Shown: positions 1-15,200 of the stretch, piece by piece
Layout: every line of letters starts with the position of its first letter
How positions within the stretch are numbered: the first letter of the stretch is position 1
DNA from: Eledone cirrhosa
Taxonomy: Eukaryota
Direction: 5' to 3'
DNA length: 64,000 nucleotides
Assembly: GCA_964016885.1 (NCBI GenBank)
Contig: OZ024740.1
Coordinates: 67,704,001-67,768,000, forward strand
Notes under the pieces: model-generated
What the model was told of the DNA's origin: nothing
The model's database searches: none
What the model saw: the letters and a program-made list of their open reading frames with translations, nothing else
Made by a program: the position numbers and the translations under genes

Positions 1-126
1 ATATATATAGTTATATATATATATATATAGTTATATATATATATATATATATATATAGTTATATATATATATATATATATATAGTTATATATATATAGTT
101 ATATATATATAGTTATATATATATAG

Positions 127-161
<35 letters not shown>

Positions 162-360
162 TATATATATAGTTATATATATATAGTTATATATATATAT
201 ATATATATATATAGTTATATATATATATATATATAGTTATATATATATATATATAGTTATATATATATATATATATAACTATATATATAGTTATATATAT
301 ATATATATATATATATAGTTATATATATATATATATATATATAGTTATATATATATATAG

Positions 361-399
<39 letters not shown>

Positions 400-500
400 T
401 ATATATATATAGTTATATATATATATATATATAGTTATATATATATATATATAGTTATATATATATATATATAGTTATATATATATATATATATATATAG

Positions 501-535
<35 letters not shown>

Positions 536-576
536 TATATATATAGTTATATATATATAGTTATATATATATATAG

Positions 577-639
<63 letters not shown>

Positions 640-715
640 TATATATATAGTTATATATATATAGTTATATATATATATAGTTATATATATATATAGTTAT
701 ATATATATATATATA
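1..715. repeat. (TA)n microsatellite interrupted periodically by GT (TATAGTTATA variant)
   Basis: Directly visible; the same variant resumes at about 2590-2770 beyond the PLE. Confidence 0.95.
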
Positions 716-806
716 TATTGTTATACTTTGGGAGGGTCATGTTGCCAATAAGAAACACACGCACCAGATGCTTTCACTTCAATTTATTATATATTTTTAT
801 ATATAG

Positions 807-2040
807 GCGACATAGCTAACTTATTCATGGTATGGTGGGACAGTAGACTTAAACAAAAACTTAAAGAACAATTAGAAGACAGCTTAACCCTGATAATGTA
901 CTCCCGCTACGTAGATGATATAAACATCGTAGTTAAGACACCCCCACTAAAGAGCAGTCAGGAACTAGAGAAAAACACAATGGAAAGCATCCAGCAAATA
1001 GAAAACTCCATCCACCAGAGCATTAGAGTTACTATAGACTACCCAAGTAGACACCCCAACCATCGATTACCTGTACCAGACACAGAGCTCTGGTTAGATA
1101 CCATTAACAACCAAAAAAAAATCCTCCATTCCCATTATGCCAAACCCATGACTTCCAAACATCTGATCCACCGAAACTCGGCCATTTCGGACCATACCAA
1201 AATCAACATACTGATTGCGGATTTGGTACGGGTGATGAGAAATGTGTCCCGCATGTGCAACTCCGAAGAACTAGAGAGAGACACATACAACACTTCATCC
1301 ACCGTATGCAGTTCTCTGGCTACAATCAGAGAGATAGAATCAGAGTGTATAAAGGAGCCAGAACCAAATGGGAAAAAATGGTAAATAATGACATAAATCG
1401 GACCTGCCCCTTGTATAGGAGCAAATTTTGGAATAGAATAGAAAGAACTAGGAACAAGGCCAATAGAATAAACTCATGGTATGATAGCAATAAATACCAG
1501 AGTGTAATGTTCATCAATACAACCCCTAGAGGCGAACTAGCCTACAAATTTAGAAGGGCCCTAAATAAACATAATCTCAATATTAAGATAGTAGAAAGAC
1601 CAGGTACCTCCGTAAAAACACTTATTAGCAAGACATACCCGTTCCAAAGACCCTCATGTATAGATAAGAAATGTATAACCTGTAAAATAAGCCCCCATAT
1701 TAACTGTAAAACTAGAAATGTAGTGTATAGCATAAGATGTACTGAAGGACAATGTAGAAACAAAAATATAGTGTACATAGGTGAGACAGCTCGTAGTATA
1801 GGGGAACGAATAGATGAACACTGGCGAGACCTCCAAGATAATAAAGAATCATCTGTGCTCTACCAACATGCTAAGATAGAACACAGGGGTAGATTAGAGA
1901 ACATAGAAATAAAAATAGAATCCACACACAGAAAAGACGCAATGTTTAGGCAAATTACAGAGGCAGTAAGCATAAAAGAATTGAAACCAAAATTAAATAG
2001 AAAATATGAGTGGAACAGCAACATCACAACTTACAATTAA
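807..2040 (+). pseudogene. PLE reverse transcriptase/GIY-YIG endonuclease ORF, truncated and frameshifted
   Basis: MYSRYVDDIN (RT motif C) in ORF 827-1384; NVVYSIRC...YIGETARS...LNRKYEW in ORF 1255-2040; extra GA in the GAGAGAG run near 1275 relative to the 56.5 kb copy. Confidence 0.9.
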
Positions 2041-2319
2041 GGACAAAATGAAAACACACACAGGACAAAATGAAAACACACACACACGTAGAACAAACAA
2101 CTTACAATTAATGACAAAATGAAAACACACACACACATAGAACAAACAACCAACCAACAATAAATAAATAAATAAATAAACAAATAGATACATGAACACA
2201 AACACACACAGACACCCGGATGTGGCGCATGCGCAAACTGAGCACACAACACACACACAGAAACAAAATGGCGTAGGATAGAAGAAAGGAAAGGCACAGA
2301 AACAAAGAAAGGAATCCCC

Positions 2320-2364
2320 AGTCACTGAAGAGGTCACAGAGTGTGTGACGAAAGGACTATGACT
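2320..2364 (+). ncRNA. Minimal type I hammerhead ribozyme in PLE pLTR
   Basis: AGTCA-CTGAAGA-g-GTCAC/GTGAC-GAAA-G(GA)C-TA-TGACT; stems I and II pair, stem III is very short. Confidence 0.8.
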
Positions 2365-2584
2365 ATATATAAACAACTATCTGGTTGTGGAACCAACCAA
2401 CCAACCAGAAATTTTTAAGTTTGTAAATTTGTAAATTTATAGATTTATAAATATATAATATATTGAAGTGAAAGCGACTGGTGCGTGTGTTTCTTATTGG
2501 CAACATGACCCTCCCAAAGTATAACAATATCGGTTTCAACACACGATTTCAGATAAAGAATCTTGCTAAACAAATTCAGAAACG

Positions 2585-2675
<91 letters not shown>

Positions 2676-2688
2676 TATATATATATAG

Positions 2689-2773
<85 letters not shown>

Positions 2774-3815
2774 TATACATATATGTTGCATCTGTTCACT
2801 TTTAAGCTCTATGAAGAATTAATAAATTAAAATCAAAAAATCAGACCATTATATCATAAAACATGTCTTTTAGAATCAATAGATATTAAAATATATACTA
2901 TTTCTTCTTCCAATTAGCATAATTAACGATATACAAAATCAAATCTACGAAGCTTTAAGAATAAATTTTCTTATGGGGAATTCTCTGACAAACAATCGAC
3001 TGTAGTCTCTTCGCGGCAGCCCCGTTCCATTATTTATCGAACATTTCGACAGCATGCAGACTTCGACCAAATATACCATCAACCACACACAATTAGTAGT
3101 AAAATTAAACTTAGAAGAAATGCGCACATACCGTAATTATATCCCTACCATGGTTTCTTCCTTATTTAGGACATCCAAATAATATGGAATTCCAGAGTTA
3201 GTTTCATCAGGGGATAAACTCAAAATCAGACATTTTGTTTTTCAATCCGATCGCGCCAAATTTAGATTCAAAAATGGCTAAATCGCTATGTAGCTGTGTT
3301 CCAGCCAGAGAGAAAGAGTGTGATTGGTTGCTTATGGCGGGTAGGCTTGCTGCTAGAAAGCGCAGCCATATATCGCCACATTTAATCTCAACCATTTGGG
3401 AGATTATTAAATATAAGGGTTATCATATACATAATTTTATGATATATATATATCACAGAGAAAAGAGAATCCGTGTAGCGACGAAAGGAATTTATTGGAC
3501 ATGTTACAATTGCTTCTCGGGCGACCAGCTCGAGGCACGATCGATGTGGTGATCAAACCTGACTCTGAAACCGCAAGTTCCTCGGATACGTCTCGATTCT
3601 ACGATGCAGATTTTCCGGTTCACTGACGCTTTAAGCATCCAACACCAATTACATATATATATATATATAATATATAAGAACAAAAGATGGTTAAAAGAGT
3701 TCTTATATATTATATATCTTATATATTATATATACTCCAGTCCTACAAACTGTTGAGTGCTTCTTATCCGATATCTGCATAGCTTTATTGTACTACAATA
3801 AAACTCACCTCCTAC

Positions 3816-3851
<36 letters not shown>

Positions 3852-3855
<4 letters not shown>

Positions 3856-4116
3856 AACCTTGGTCTTCCTCTTCTAGTGTGTCCATGTAGGGGCTCCCAA
3901 AGGAGCACTGAGTGCAATGTCAACTCTGGATGTCGGTGAGCATGTCCAGCCAACCTCAGTCTTCTCTGTGTCACTTTTGAGCTGACTTTTGGGTGTTGAT
4001 GCCCTAAGGACAGACACTGGTCTGTTGGAGATGCAGGATATGGCAGCGATAATGAGGGACAGAGACCGCTGGAGAGAACTCGTCCATGGATCTCGGGAAT
4101 TTTACCCGCCTTAGAT

Positions 4117-4120
<4 letters not shown>
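3852..4120. mobile_element. RTE-like LINE 3' fragment with internal inversion
   Basis: RRLRLAGHAHRHPE...LLWEP..G.TRRGRP on the minus strand (3852-3990); the downstream continuation and (TAGA)n tail are on the plus strand; uninverted homologue at 20785-21160. Confidence 0.7.
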
Positions 4121-4149
<29 letters not shown>

Positions 4150-4152
<3 letters not shown>

Positions 4153-4335
4153 CAAAGATGTTATGCTAAGATACCAGGTGGACAATAACGCACCAGATTA
4201 CTCAAGGATTAGTGTAGTAGAGTGGGTAATATGAAAAGAGTAAGGACCGCGACTGCTGAACGCTTGCCGTTTTGATAGCTACATCTAACTGTCAAGACGA
4301 ACGGAGCTCAGCTGTCGGGGTCCTGATTCTTTTCA
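4150..4335. mobile_element. Degenerate fold-back non-autonomous element (same family as 32495-32680 and 54280-54482)
   Basis: Shared segments (GGACAATAACGCACC, GAGTGGGTAAT, GAGCTCAGCTGTCGGGGTCC); TA flanks. Confidence 0.6.
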
Positions 4336-4629
4336 TATATATATATATATTTCTGATTGAGGTATTATTTTGGGAGACGTTGAACGTTAATTAACTCTTT
4401 CCTGTTCATTACTGGTATTTTATTTTATTTTATCAACTATGTAATGATGAAATGCAAAGCTATCTTCGACGGTATTTGAACTCAGAACATAAAGGGCTGT
4501 AATGAATATATTAAATTATCTATCTATATATATATATATATATAACAACTAGAAATTGATTAACATATAAATAAACATATGAAACAATCACAGGGTATAA
4601 TTTGATTTATCTGAATTTTGTCGTGAAAC

Positions 4630-5005
4630 AGGGTGTCCGCCCCTCTACCGATACTGCCAATCCACTGCTCTGAAGTGGGCAGTAATAATCGTTTCTACTT
4701 TTGGCACAAGGCCATCAATTGCTTAGTACAGTACTGGTACATTATTTTATCGATCCCAAAGGGACGTAACTATGCTGGAAAGTATGGCGTCGACCCTCTA
4801 CCGATACTGCCAGTAATAATTGTTTCTACTTTTGGCACAAGGCCAGCAATTATACCAGTTTATTAATGGTACTTTATTTTATAGACCCCGTAAGGATGAA
4901 AGGCAAAGTTAACCTCGGCGGTATTTGAAATCAGAATATAAAGGGCCGTAACTCTTTACTGCAAATCATGGCGTTCGACTCTCTACCGATACTGCCAATC
5001 CACAA
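4630..5005 (-). mobile_element. tRNA-derived SINE cluster (full and partial copies)
   Basis: Reverse complement has A box TGGCAGTATCGG, a B box-like motif and the GCCTTTCATCCTTACGGGGTC central domain. Confidence 0.8.
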
Positions 5006-5499
5006 GTAATAATGATACGCAAGTTGCACCGATATGACTCATCACAGTAGACTAGATTTCTTCCCATCAACTCAATTTTACGGATATTTCCAGTTAAGTG
5101 TTAATTTCTGTCAGTGTTTATTATAACTTGAGCGTTATTGTCAGTATCTTTCTCACTACTTTGATTTAGATAACTCAGCAGTGGTTTACGCCTGGGGACC
5201 TATAAAAATTGTCATTAATCGTTAATGTAGTTAGTGTAGTGGTGAATGTGTGGTAGGCAGTGGTGACATCAATTGTGTGGTGGTAGTGGTGATTATGGTG
5301 ATATTAATGTATAGTAGGAGTATATTTACATATTGCTGGTGATATAAATGGTGTTGTAACACACTGCTTTATGGATCTCATAATGTTCATATATGTATGA
5401 TTGCGTATGTATATGTGTGTGTGTGGGGGGGGGGGGTTGTGTGAGTCAGTGTATGTGTGTGTGTGCTGGTAGATATCGACGGTCTATCGACTGTCGTTA

Positions 5500-5697
5500 A
5501 ATCCCACCGAAGAAACAATGGTTCCATTGGTCTATTCAATTGCTAATACTATCTATCGGTCGCAACTCCATGTAGAAGGAGCAACGTGAAATAAAGTGTC
5601 TTGCTCAAGGACATAACGCATCGCCCGGTCGCGGAATCGAACTCACAACCTCGCGATTGCGAATCCAATTCTCTCACCACTCAGCCACACGCCTTCA
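5500..5697 (-). mobile_element. Second tRNA-derived SINE family (CORE-like central domain)
   Basis: Reverse complement: TGGCTGAGTGG A box, GAGTTCGATTCC B box, then CTTGAGCAAGACACTTTATTTCAC. Confidence 0.7.
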
Positions 5698-5748
5698 CAC
5701 GGTGGTTTAGTATATATATATATACACACACACACACACGCCCCCCCC

Positions 5749-6227
<479 letters not shown>

Positions 6228-6925
6228 AAATTCAGATAAATCAAATTATACCCTGTGATTGTTTCATATGTTTATTTATATGTTAATCAATTTCTAGTTG
6301 TTATATATATATATATATATAGATAGATAATTTAATATATCAACTAACATAAGCGCACAGATGTACGCTAATGCCAGCAAATACACAGGTTATGTCATAG
6401 TACCTAGGTGGTTCAATGCAGGAGGATGCAGAACAATAATATAAAAGACGTAAAATAAGAAAATTCTTTTAAAAAGTTTTTTAAAAAAGTTTTAAAAAAA
6501 AATGTTAACTTACTTACTTAAATTTTCACTCCAACTAATTAGTTTCTGCAATGGGATAAAGACAGTTACGTAATCTAACTGTCGAGAATTCATTGCGTCA
6601 TCAGGGAGTCTATTCTCAGCTAAGTCTCCAGGCAATGCGCGGACACTGGCGGCTCATATAAAAATAATAATAATTCGGTAGATGGAACAGCTAGCGTGGA
6701 CTGAATTCCATGCACTGAAATCCTCACTGCCTCTAGTCAAATGGCCGATTCTAAAGAATCAATCACATGACACAGAGGCTAGTCAGTAGGAATGGGATGG
6801 TAAGATGACAGATGCCTACTAACACCCCCAAAAAAAATTTTAGAAGTGGTTTTGGCAGGTTTGCTCGACAAATCAGTGATTTGGAGATAAATATAGATAA
6901 TTTAATATATATATATATATATATA

Positions 6926-7810
6926 CGCGTTGGGTCAGAAAAGTTCCAGGACTGATGTCACAAACGATTTATTTCAAACCCAAACTTCACACTAAGAGTT
7001 ATCTCCTTCAACACAATCCCCCTGGAGTCTAATGCACTTTTCCATCCTTTTCAGCCACGCTTCCATGCACTGCTGGAAGGATTTATCCGAGATCCTCCGC
7101 AGTTTCGTCATCACGGCCTAGTTGATGTCGTCCACGTCTTCAAAACGGGTCCCCTTCGGGTCGTACTCGAAGATCCATGACTCATCTCCGGTGATGACTG
7201 TCCCTTGCAAGTCTGGTACGATTTCAAGACGCTCGAGGATGTCCTGGCACACTTGCATGCGTTGACCCTTCCGGTCATCGTTCAGCAGATTTGGTACCAT
7301 ATTCGCGCAGACTTTCGGCATGTCCAAATCTTCAGTGAGAATTTTCCAGACGCTGTTCCGATTCATGCTCAGCTCATTTGCCATCAGTCGAACAGTCAGC
7401 CGACGATCGCTACGCACCATCTGCTTGACGTGCTCAACGTTGACCTCGGTCCTGGTTGTTGAGGGCCTTCCGCTCCTGGGGCCATCTTCCACGTCTTTGC
7501 GTCCTCTTGCACCACTCAAAAATACATGAGCGTGACATCGTCTCATCTCCATACACTTGCTGCAGCAATCTAAGTGCTTCTGATGGAGATTTCAAGTTTG
7601 TTCTTTGCTCTGTGCTTATTGCTTGACGATATGAAACAGAGGACATGTATATAAAATTATGAAGAAAAAAGTTTGATCGCTGCAGAGAGCTAAGATTACA
7701 GTTACATACTGCAGGGGGATTACTTTGAAGGAGAAAACTGTTAGTGTGAAGTTTAGGTTTGAAATAAATCTTTTGTGACATCAGTCCTGGAACTTTTTTG
7801 ACCCACCTCG
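6926..7810 (-). mobile_element. Internally deleted mariner (Tc1/mariner) DNA transposon
   Basis: Long imperfect TIRs (6926-~7024 and ~7711-7810), TA flanks, transposase remnants PRSGRP, VITGDESWIFEYDP joined directly to KGTRFEDVDDI, so the catalytic middle is missing. Confidence 0.88.
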
Positions 7811-7907
7811 TATACACACACACACACACACATACAGGCATTCATACTCTTACGTAGCCCTTTCGTTAGCTGTTATTGATTCTACAATCCATTCATCTCT
7901 ATATTTG

Positions 7908-7944
<37 letters not shown>

Positions 7945-7957
7945 TATATATATATAA

Positions 7958-8075
7958 ATCTGAGTTCAAATCACGCCAAAGTTAACTTTGCATTTCATCC
8001 TTTCGGGGTCGATAAAATAAAGTACCAGTAATGCACTGGTAATTACTGGCCTTGCGCCGAATGTAGAAACAATTA
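7958..8075 (+). mobile_element. 5'-truncated tRNA-SINE
   Basis: GAGTTCAAATC B box, central domain and GTAGAAACAATTAT tail. Confidence 0.75.
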
Positions 8076-8774
8076 TATATATATAAATATATATATAATA
8101 TAAAATAACTTCATTGTATATAATAAATATATGTACCTAAATGCATCTATCTTTCTATATCCCTCTCGCCCTTGCGCGCATGCTTTCTCTCTGTCTTTAT
8201 CCCGCCTTATATACGTATATACAACCATATATAACTTCGCTGATGGATCCTTCTGCTGCGGTTGTGTAAGGTATGTGTGAAATATTCAGGGTAATTTCTC
8301 TGCAGTATTTATAGCCGATCGAGTCGATATAAGATACAGACGACAAGTAATTTTTCAAAAGGAATTGTGTTTGTTGATGGTAATTATACAACACATCGCC
8401 TGTCCAATGATAATTCTGTCTTTTATATGAACTGCGATGTTTCAGTGAATTGGCTGCTGTTTCCTGCTCTGTTATTATGGATGTGTTCAAAATCTTAGAG
8501 CATAGTGAATAAACGAGAATTCACCTAAATGTTGTAAATTTTATATGTAATATCTCTACCTCGGAGTTCATGTGACCCAGATTTATTTTAACATGCGCTT
8601 GCGTAAGAAACAATAGAAGATATGAAAGATTAATCAAACGATTTGTTTATATATATATATATATGTGTGTGTGTCTATGTGTGTGTGTGTGCGTTCGTGC
8701 GTGTGTGTGCTTATGTATATATGTACTAATATACATACGCGTGCAGACTACGACACAAACTCGCATACACACAA

Positions 8775-8833
<59 letters not shown>

Positions 8834-9169
8834 TACATTCATTCATACTCTTACGTAGCCCTTTCGTTAGCTGTTATTGATTCTACAATCCATCCATCTG
8901 TTCATCTCTATCTATTCTACTACACAAACAGGAAACCATTGCAAAAACTATCCTGTAAGAAACACAGTTGAAATTATTTACAAATGACAGATTAGAGGCA
9001 TGTAAAAGTAATGAGAAATATAACCCCCACCACATGAAATCCCACGCACGTATATGCATAGTTAAATAGACTCACATGAACACAAACACACACATATATA
9101 CACATATAACTGTATATAAAAATATATGTAGATATATGTATAAACGTGCATATTTGTGAGAATATATAT

Positions 9170-9960
<791 letters not shown>

Positions 9961-11159
9961 ATGTGTGTGTAAATATACATATATTCAAACATGTGTATAT
10001 ACATACACACATTTATACATGCAGGAATACATATATATATACATGCATACATATTATACATATACACAACAAAACCGATGAATAATAGAAATAAAGAAGC
10101 GAATCTTCACATAAATAACATTATTAGCAACAATAAAATGCAATAAAAATATTTTTTAAAAATTATAAATAATACGATGAAAAAAATACAAAGATATTTG
10201 AAAAAAATATAAAAGCAAGAGGGACAAAATCAAACAAATAAAACAAATATTAGAAGCCAAGGAGAACGAACATTTTATATGAAAGGAATGAAAGGATCTA
10301 AGGTGGGGTGGGATATTTTTGAAAGCAAAGTGGAGAAAAGACACCCACAAAAGGCTTTGGTTGGCAGTATATGGTTGTCTAGTAATGTCGGTTTGGTGTT
10401 GTGGCTGTGGTAAAACGTCATTCTGGATGAGTGTTTGAAAACATTCGTTAAAAGCTCCAGCAATCGCTGGTGGCGTTCTTAATTGCCTTGCACTAGCAGC
10501 AACGTTATTGCTTTCTGGCTGGCAAAGAGAGCTGTACGCCATTATTCCATATCCTGTAGTGAATAATTTTGTTGTTGTTGTTGTTATCGTCGTTGCTGTT
10601 GTTGTTTTTATCGTTTTTGCTGTTGTTGTCGTTTGGTTTTTATTTTTTTTGCGTTGTTGATGGCTTTTTATATTTTTCTTAGTCTTGTTGGTGTGGGTGA
10701 GAATGTAGTTATTAATAACGTGATTTAGGTTGCTGTTGTGGTTGTTTTTGACGTTGTGGCTGTTAGTGTTGTTGATGATTGTTGTTGGTCTGGTCTTCTT
10801 CGTAGTGATGTTGGTGATAATGATATTGGTGATAGTGGTATTAACTATGTTGGTGGTGAGGTCGGTGGTGTCAGTGATACTGGTGGTAACGTTAGCTCTC
10901 TCGTTCAAGGAAAAATCCTCGACATTCTACACCTCAACACAGACAGGCAGGCAGGAAGACACTTTCCCTACGTTTGGCGCTCTCTATCTTTCCACGTATT
11001 CATTCCAGCCCCCAACTTCCAAACCTTCTTCTCACATTCCTTGTTACTATTTCTTCTCTGTTTCCTTTCTTTTCATTCTCCTACTGTATTCCTTACTGTT
11101 ATGTCATTATTTTATTATTTGTATCATTTTAGTTTTATTTTCCTTCCCTCTTTCACTCA

Positions 11160-11160
11160 G

Positions 11161-11217
<57 letters not shown>

Positions 11218-11244
11218 CTTCTTCTTCTTCTTCTTCTTCTTCTT

Positions 11245-11328
<84 letters not shown>

Positions 11329-11330
11329 TT
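11160..11330. repeat. Compound trinucleotide microsatellite (GTT)n(CTT)n(ATT)n
   Basis: Directly visible. Confidence 0.95.
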
Positions 11331-11365
11331 TCTTCTTCTTCTTCACTATTATTATTAATCCCACC

Positions 11366-11465
11366 TAGGTTAACTTTGCGTTTCATCCTTACGAGGTCGA
11401 TAAAATAAAGTACTAGTAATGCACTGGGTAATTGCTGGCCTTGTGCCAAAAGTAGAAACAATTAC
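11366..11465 (+). mobile_element. SINE 3' half
   Basis: Matches the central domain and tail of the dominant SINE. Confidence 0.75.
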
Positions 11466-11738
11466 TATTATTATTATTATTATCATCATCATCGTCGTCG
11501 TCATCATGTCCATCTTCATCCATGCTATTATTGTTTCACTTATGATTCCTTCATGCTCCTTTTTCACCTCATCCTTCTCCTTTATATACCTCTTCCCCAG
11601 TATGCTGAACTCCATAATTATCTTCTTACTCCCCAACCTCTTTTATATGATGATCATCATCATACTCTTCGTTGTTACTGTCACGATCGGTATCAAGAAT
11701 TTGGAACAGTAAACTAAACACACACAAACACACACACA

Positions 11739-11807
<69 letters not shown>

Positions 11808-11889
11808 GCGTGCGTGTGTGAGTGTTTGCGTGTGCATTCGTGTGTGTGTGAGTGCTGTGTGTTGTGTGTACTTGTGATTATCGTTGTGG

Positions 11890-12210
11890 ATGAACCTCCA
11901 TCGTTTCCGACAAGTGCTCCAGTTAATTCAATCAACCGAATAGAATGTTTCTAAAATTAACAGGCAAGTGGCTGTGTATTTCACAGACAAGCTTACCTTT
12001 CATGTAGGTCTATGCTAGATTCGGCGTTAAACAGTGTAAGGCATCACTGCCTCCATGAACTAGAGGTACAACTCATTTTTATCAGCTGGGTGGACTAGTG
12101 CAATGGGGAATAAAGTTTCTTGCTCAAACACAAAATACGTCAAGGAATGGAACTTAAAACCATACAATAATGCGGCCAGAATCCTACCCACTAAGCTACG
12201 TGCTTTCTTG
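11890..12210 (-). mobile_element. Old CORE-like tRNA-SINE
   Basis: AATAAAGTTTCTTGCTCAA followed by a tRNA-like remnant, similar to 5575-5697. Confidence 0.5.
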
Positions 12211-15200
12211 TGTATGAATAAATATTGAATCCCTCTAAAGCAACTGTGATTCCATCCTTTTTGTTCTATAAACTAAAATACAAATGTGGAGTGGTTTATT
12301 GTCGGGGTTGTTAGAACACTATACGTGATGATTTGCAATAATTGTTCCGGCTTTTAGCGTTTTCAATTCAAATTCCACTGTGGACTACTTGATTTGTGAA
12401 TATAATACCCCCACCTGGCTTCACACTACCACCTGACCCTTGGCTGTTTTTAGCAAAATCTAATTTGTTGTGATGGCTGGGGTTAGGTTTCTTGTTCGTG
12501 GAGATCATCCTCCTATCTTTAATCATGAAAGCTCTAAACAGGGTCACATACACTGTCCTCCTCGTTGTGTCTATAAAGAAAATGTTAATGTTAAATCAGA
12601 ACTTATTCCGCATTACTGTCTAATTCATGTGAGTACACACTTGTTTACTCTAATCAAAGTGGACATATACAATCCAAGATAATATTGCTTTTAACTTAGA
12701 TATGGAATCGATATGCAAGTTTATAAAAAAAAGTATGTGTACATAAGTGAAGCGACATTTCCTTGCATCTCTCTGAAAATATAATCGAGTTATCAATTGG
12801 ATTTTTGCATGCAAGCGATCGATGTATTAGGTAAAAACCATGTAAATATAAACGGCATTTTAACTAAGGAACATACTATCAATGTGATGCAGAGACATAT
12901 GGAAAATGTATTGCTTGAATGTTGATATTCATTGCATCTATAATCAAACAGTACGAAGGGATTTTTATAAAGTTAAACAGATAAATTCAATCAGTTGTTG
13001 ATAGAACTGCAGTCTATGCAAAAATTATTCTTTCGTTATCCGATGCCTAATGACATTGAACATTATTAAAACCAAGGAACGTTCAGTTACATATATTTTC
13101 AAAATATACAACAATATGGTTGGAACCAAGAATAGAACTACTGCGTAGATTTATTTTCTAACAGTTTGCCGAGTTCTACATTATGAAATATACACGAGAA
13201 AATATTGAGTCGAAAATATTTGGCTAAGATAGGAAATATCCAGCATGAAAAGGAAATTTTGTTCAGGGACCGGTTAATCGAGAATAAAATGCTGAACTAT
13301 AGTATTCACAAAACATCATCGACAGCATAGTATTAGTAGCAGTAGCAGCAATGTTAATATGTATTTCTTAACAGTGTTTTTACTTTATATAAATAGCTTT
13401 TCTCTCTAAAATACTTCTGCTTTCATTGAAAGTCTTATCGAAATAAAAGTGTTTGAGAGTTTCCAGAAACTATAGTTATGTATTCCGTGAATAGTCGTAG
13501 AAGGCTGCGCTGACAAAATAAATTTGGAAGCAACTGCTCTAAGTCAATGCCACAGTTTGTAATAAGATTGCCAATTCTTACACGGCAGAATGCGAAAGGG
13601 GTTTTGTTGATCAGCTATATATTATAAAAGCTGTAAAAACTGTCACAATATTAACATCAAGAGCAATTATGATATTGATACCTCTTTCAGAAATAAATAT
13701 TTTGGTGGCTGAGAGGGAAATCTTGTACGTAGCTTGTACGTAGGTTAATGTTATCGACTTTGTTGGGATTTGAACTCAGAAATACCGGATGCTTCTGCTG
13801 CTCTCGCATATTTGCCAATCCACAAAATAAAAATAACTGTAATAGTGAAAACATAAATTTAATAAAAACAAAAGAATGAGGGTAATTATTATACATTATT
13901 AATGTTGTTTCCCCTAAACGCCTGCGTTTACTGAGCTCGGTTTAGTTGTTTTATTTTTTCCAGGATTACTTATGGAAAAATAAAATTTTGTTTGTTTTAC
14001 TAAAAATTCTTAGAATATTTGAACATCCACCCCATCACCATGGGGTGGAAAAAACCTTGGTCGAATCATTATTCTAAACTATGTACATTATATTTTTGCA
14101 CGGTAATTTGCATCAGTCGTGGAAGGAAGATCTGCATGCCGTAGCGTCTGTAGCAGTTGTCTGATAATATAAACAAACTTACTCCAATTATTTTCAATCA
14201 CAAAAGCAGACTAAAAAAATATGAAAATTAAACAGACACTGCTTCAAGCATAAACATTTACGGTTGCACAGTGGAAAGCACAAACAAAAAATACTGTTTA
14301 GACCATTAATTTATATTGAAAAACACTATAATCAGCAACTACAATACCAAGAGCGTTTTATCTTTAGCAAACTTTATGCGTGATAGGAAGTTGTTGGATA
14401 TGAGCCAGCACTTGAAAAGTTAGTATTAATCGAGGTATAACAAAATAGAGACTATCTTCTTGTCCCGGGAATTTATATGTAAAAAAAAAAAAGTCGTAGA
14501 TGGATTTTGCCGGAATCCTTACATTAATGGCACAACAGGATGCTACACGTCCATAACCATCTGTGTCCTTACGCCCTGAAGTGCAGGATATTCACAGTTA
14601 TCCGAATTAATAGTAAGTGTTTGATAAAACTGCTAAATAATATAAGCGAGAAAGAAGTAAATGATATGTGGATTGAGAGGGGTTACAGGCAATAGATACA
14701 TCTAACAGTAAAATAATGAATTGTTGATAAAAATCGCAGTATATATAAAGCTAAGAGAAGAATCACTAGCGAGCATGTGATACTTCACAACATGGATAAT
14801 AGGGGGATGTTCGCAAACATATTCAGAAATTCCAGTTTGCATGTGATCCAAGTAGAACATAGTCTATGTGGATGGGTAACCAGAGCCTACAAAGGCAGTA
14901 GTGTTTCACAACTGTTTAGATAGATTACCCCTATTTTTAACCTACTATATTGTAATATTTGTTGCCTCACTCTATTTATGTACTATATTTAAACCGCTCT
15001 ACGTGCATTGTGGAGAATTAACACAATGTTACTGGTGGGGTGGCAGAATCATTAGAGCGTCGGAATGGTATTTCTAACGACGGTTTACGTAGTGAGTTCA
15101 ACATTGCATTTCTTCTTTCTTAGGTTGATAGTATAAAGTATCAGTCAAATACTTAGATCTGTTTAATCGACTTTCCTCTATTCGCCAAAATGTACTACCT

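Larger units (their letters stand above)
716..2588 (+). mobile_element. 5'-truncated Penelope-like retroelement (Cys-linker, Neptune-like) with 3' pLTR and a short inverted pLTR piece at the 5' end
   Basis: RT YVDD, thumb, Cys-rich linker and GIY-YIG motifs in the ORFs; 716-790 is the reverse complement of about 2455-2529; HHR in the pLTR; (TA)n on both sides. Clade assignment is tentative. Confidence 0.9.

Noticed and set aside
10156-11712. Poly-L/F/V/N/K and Thr-rich ORFs
   Set aside because: Produced by trinucleotide repeats; no domain motifs
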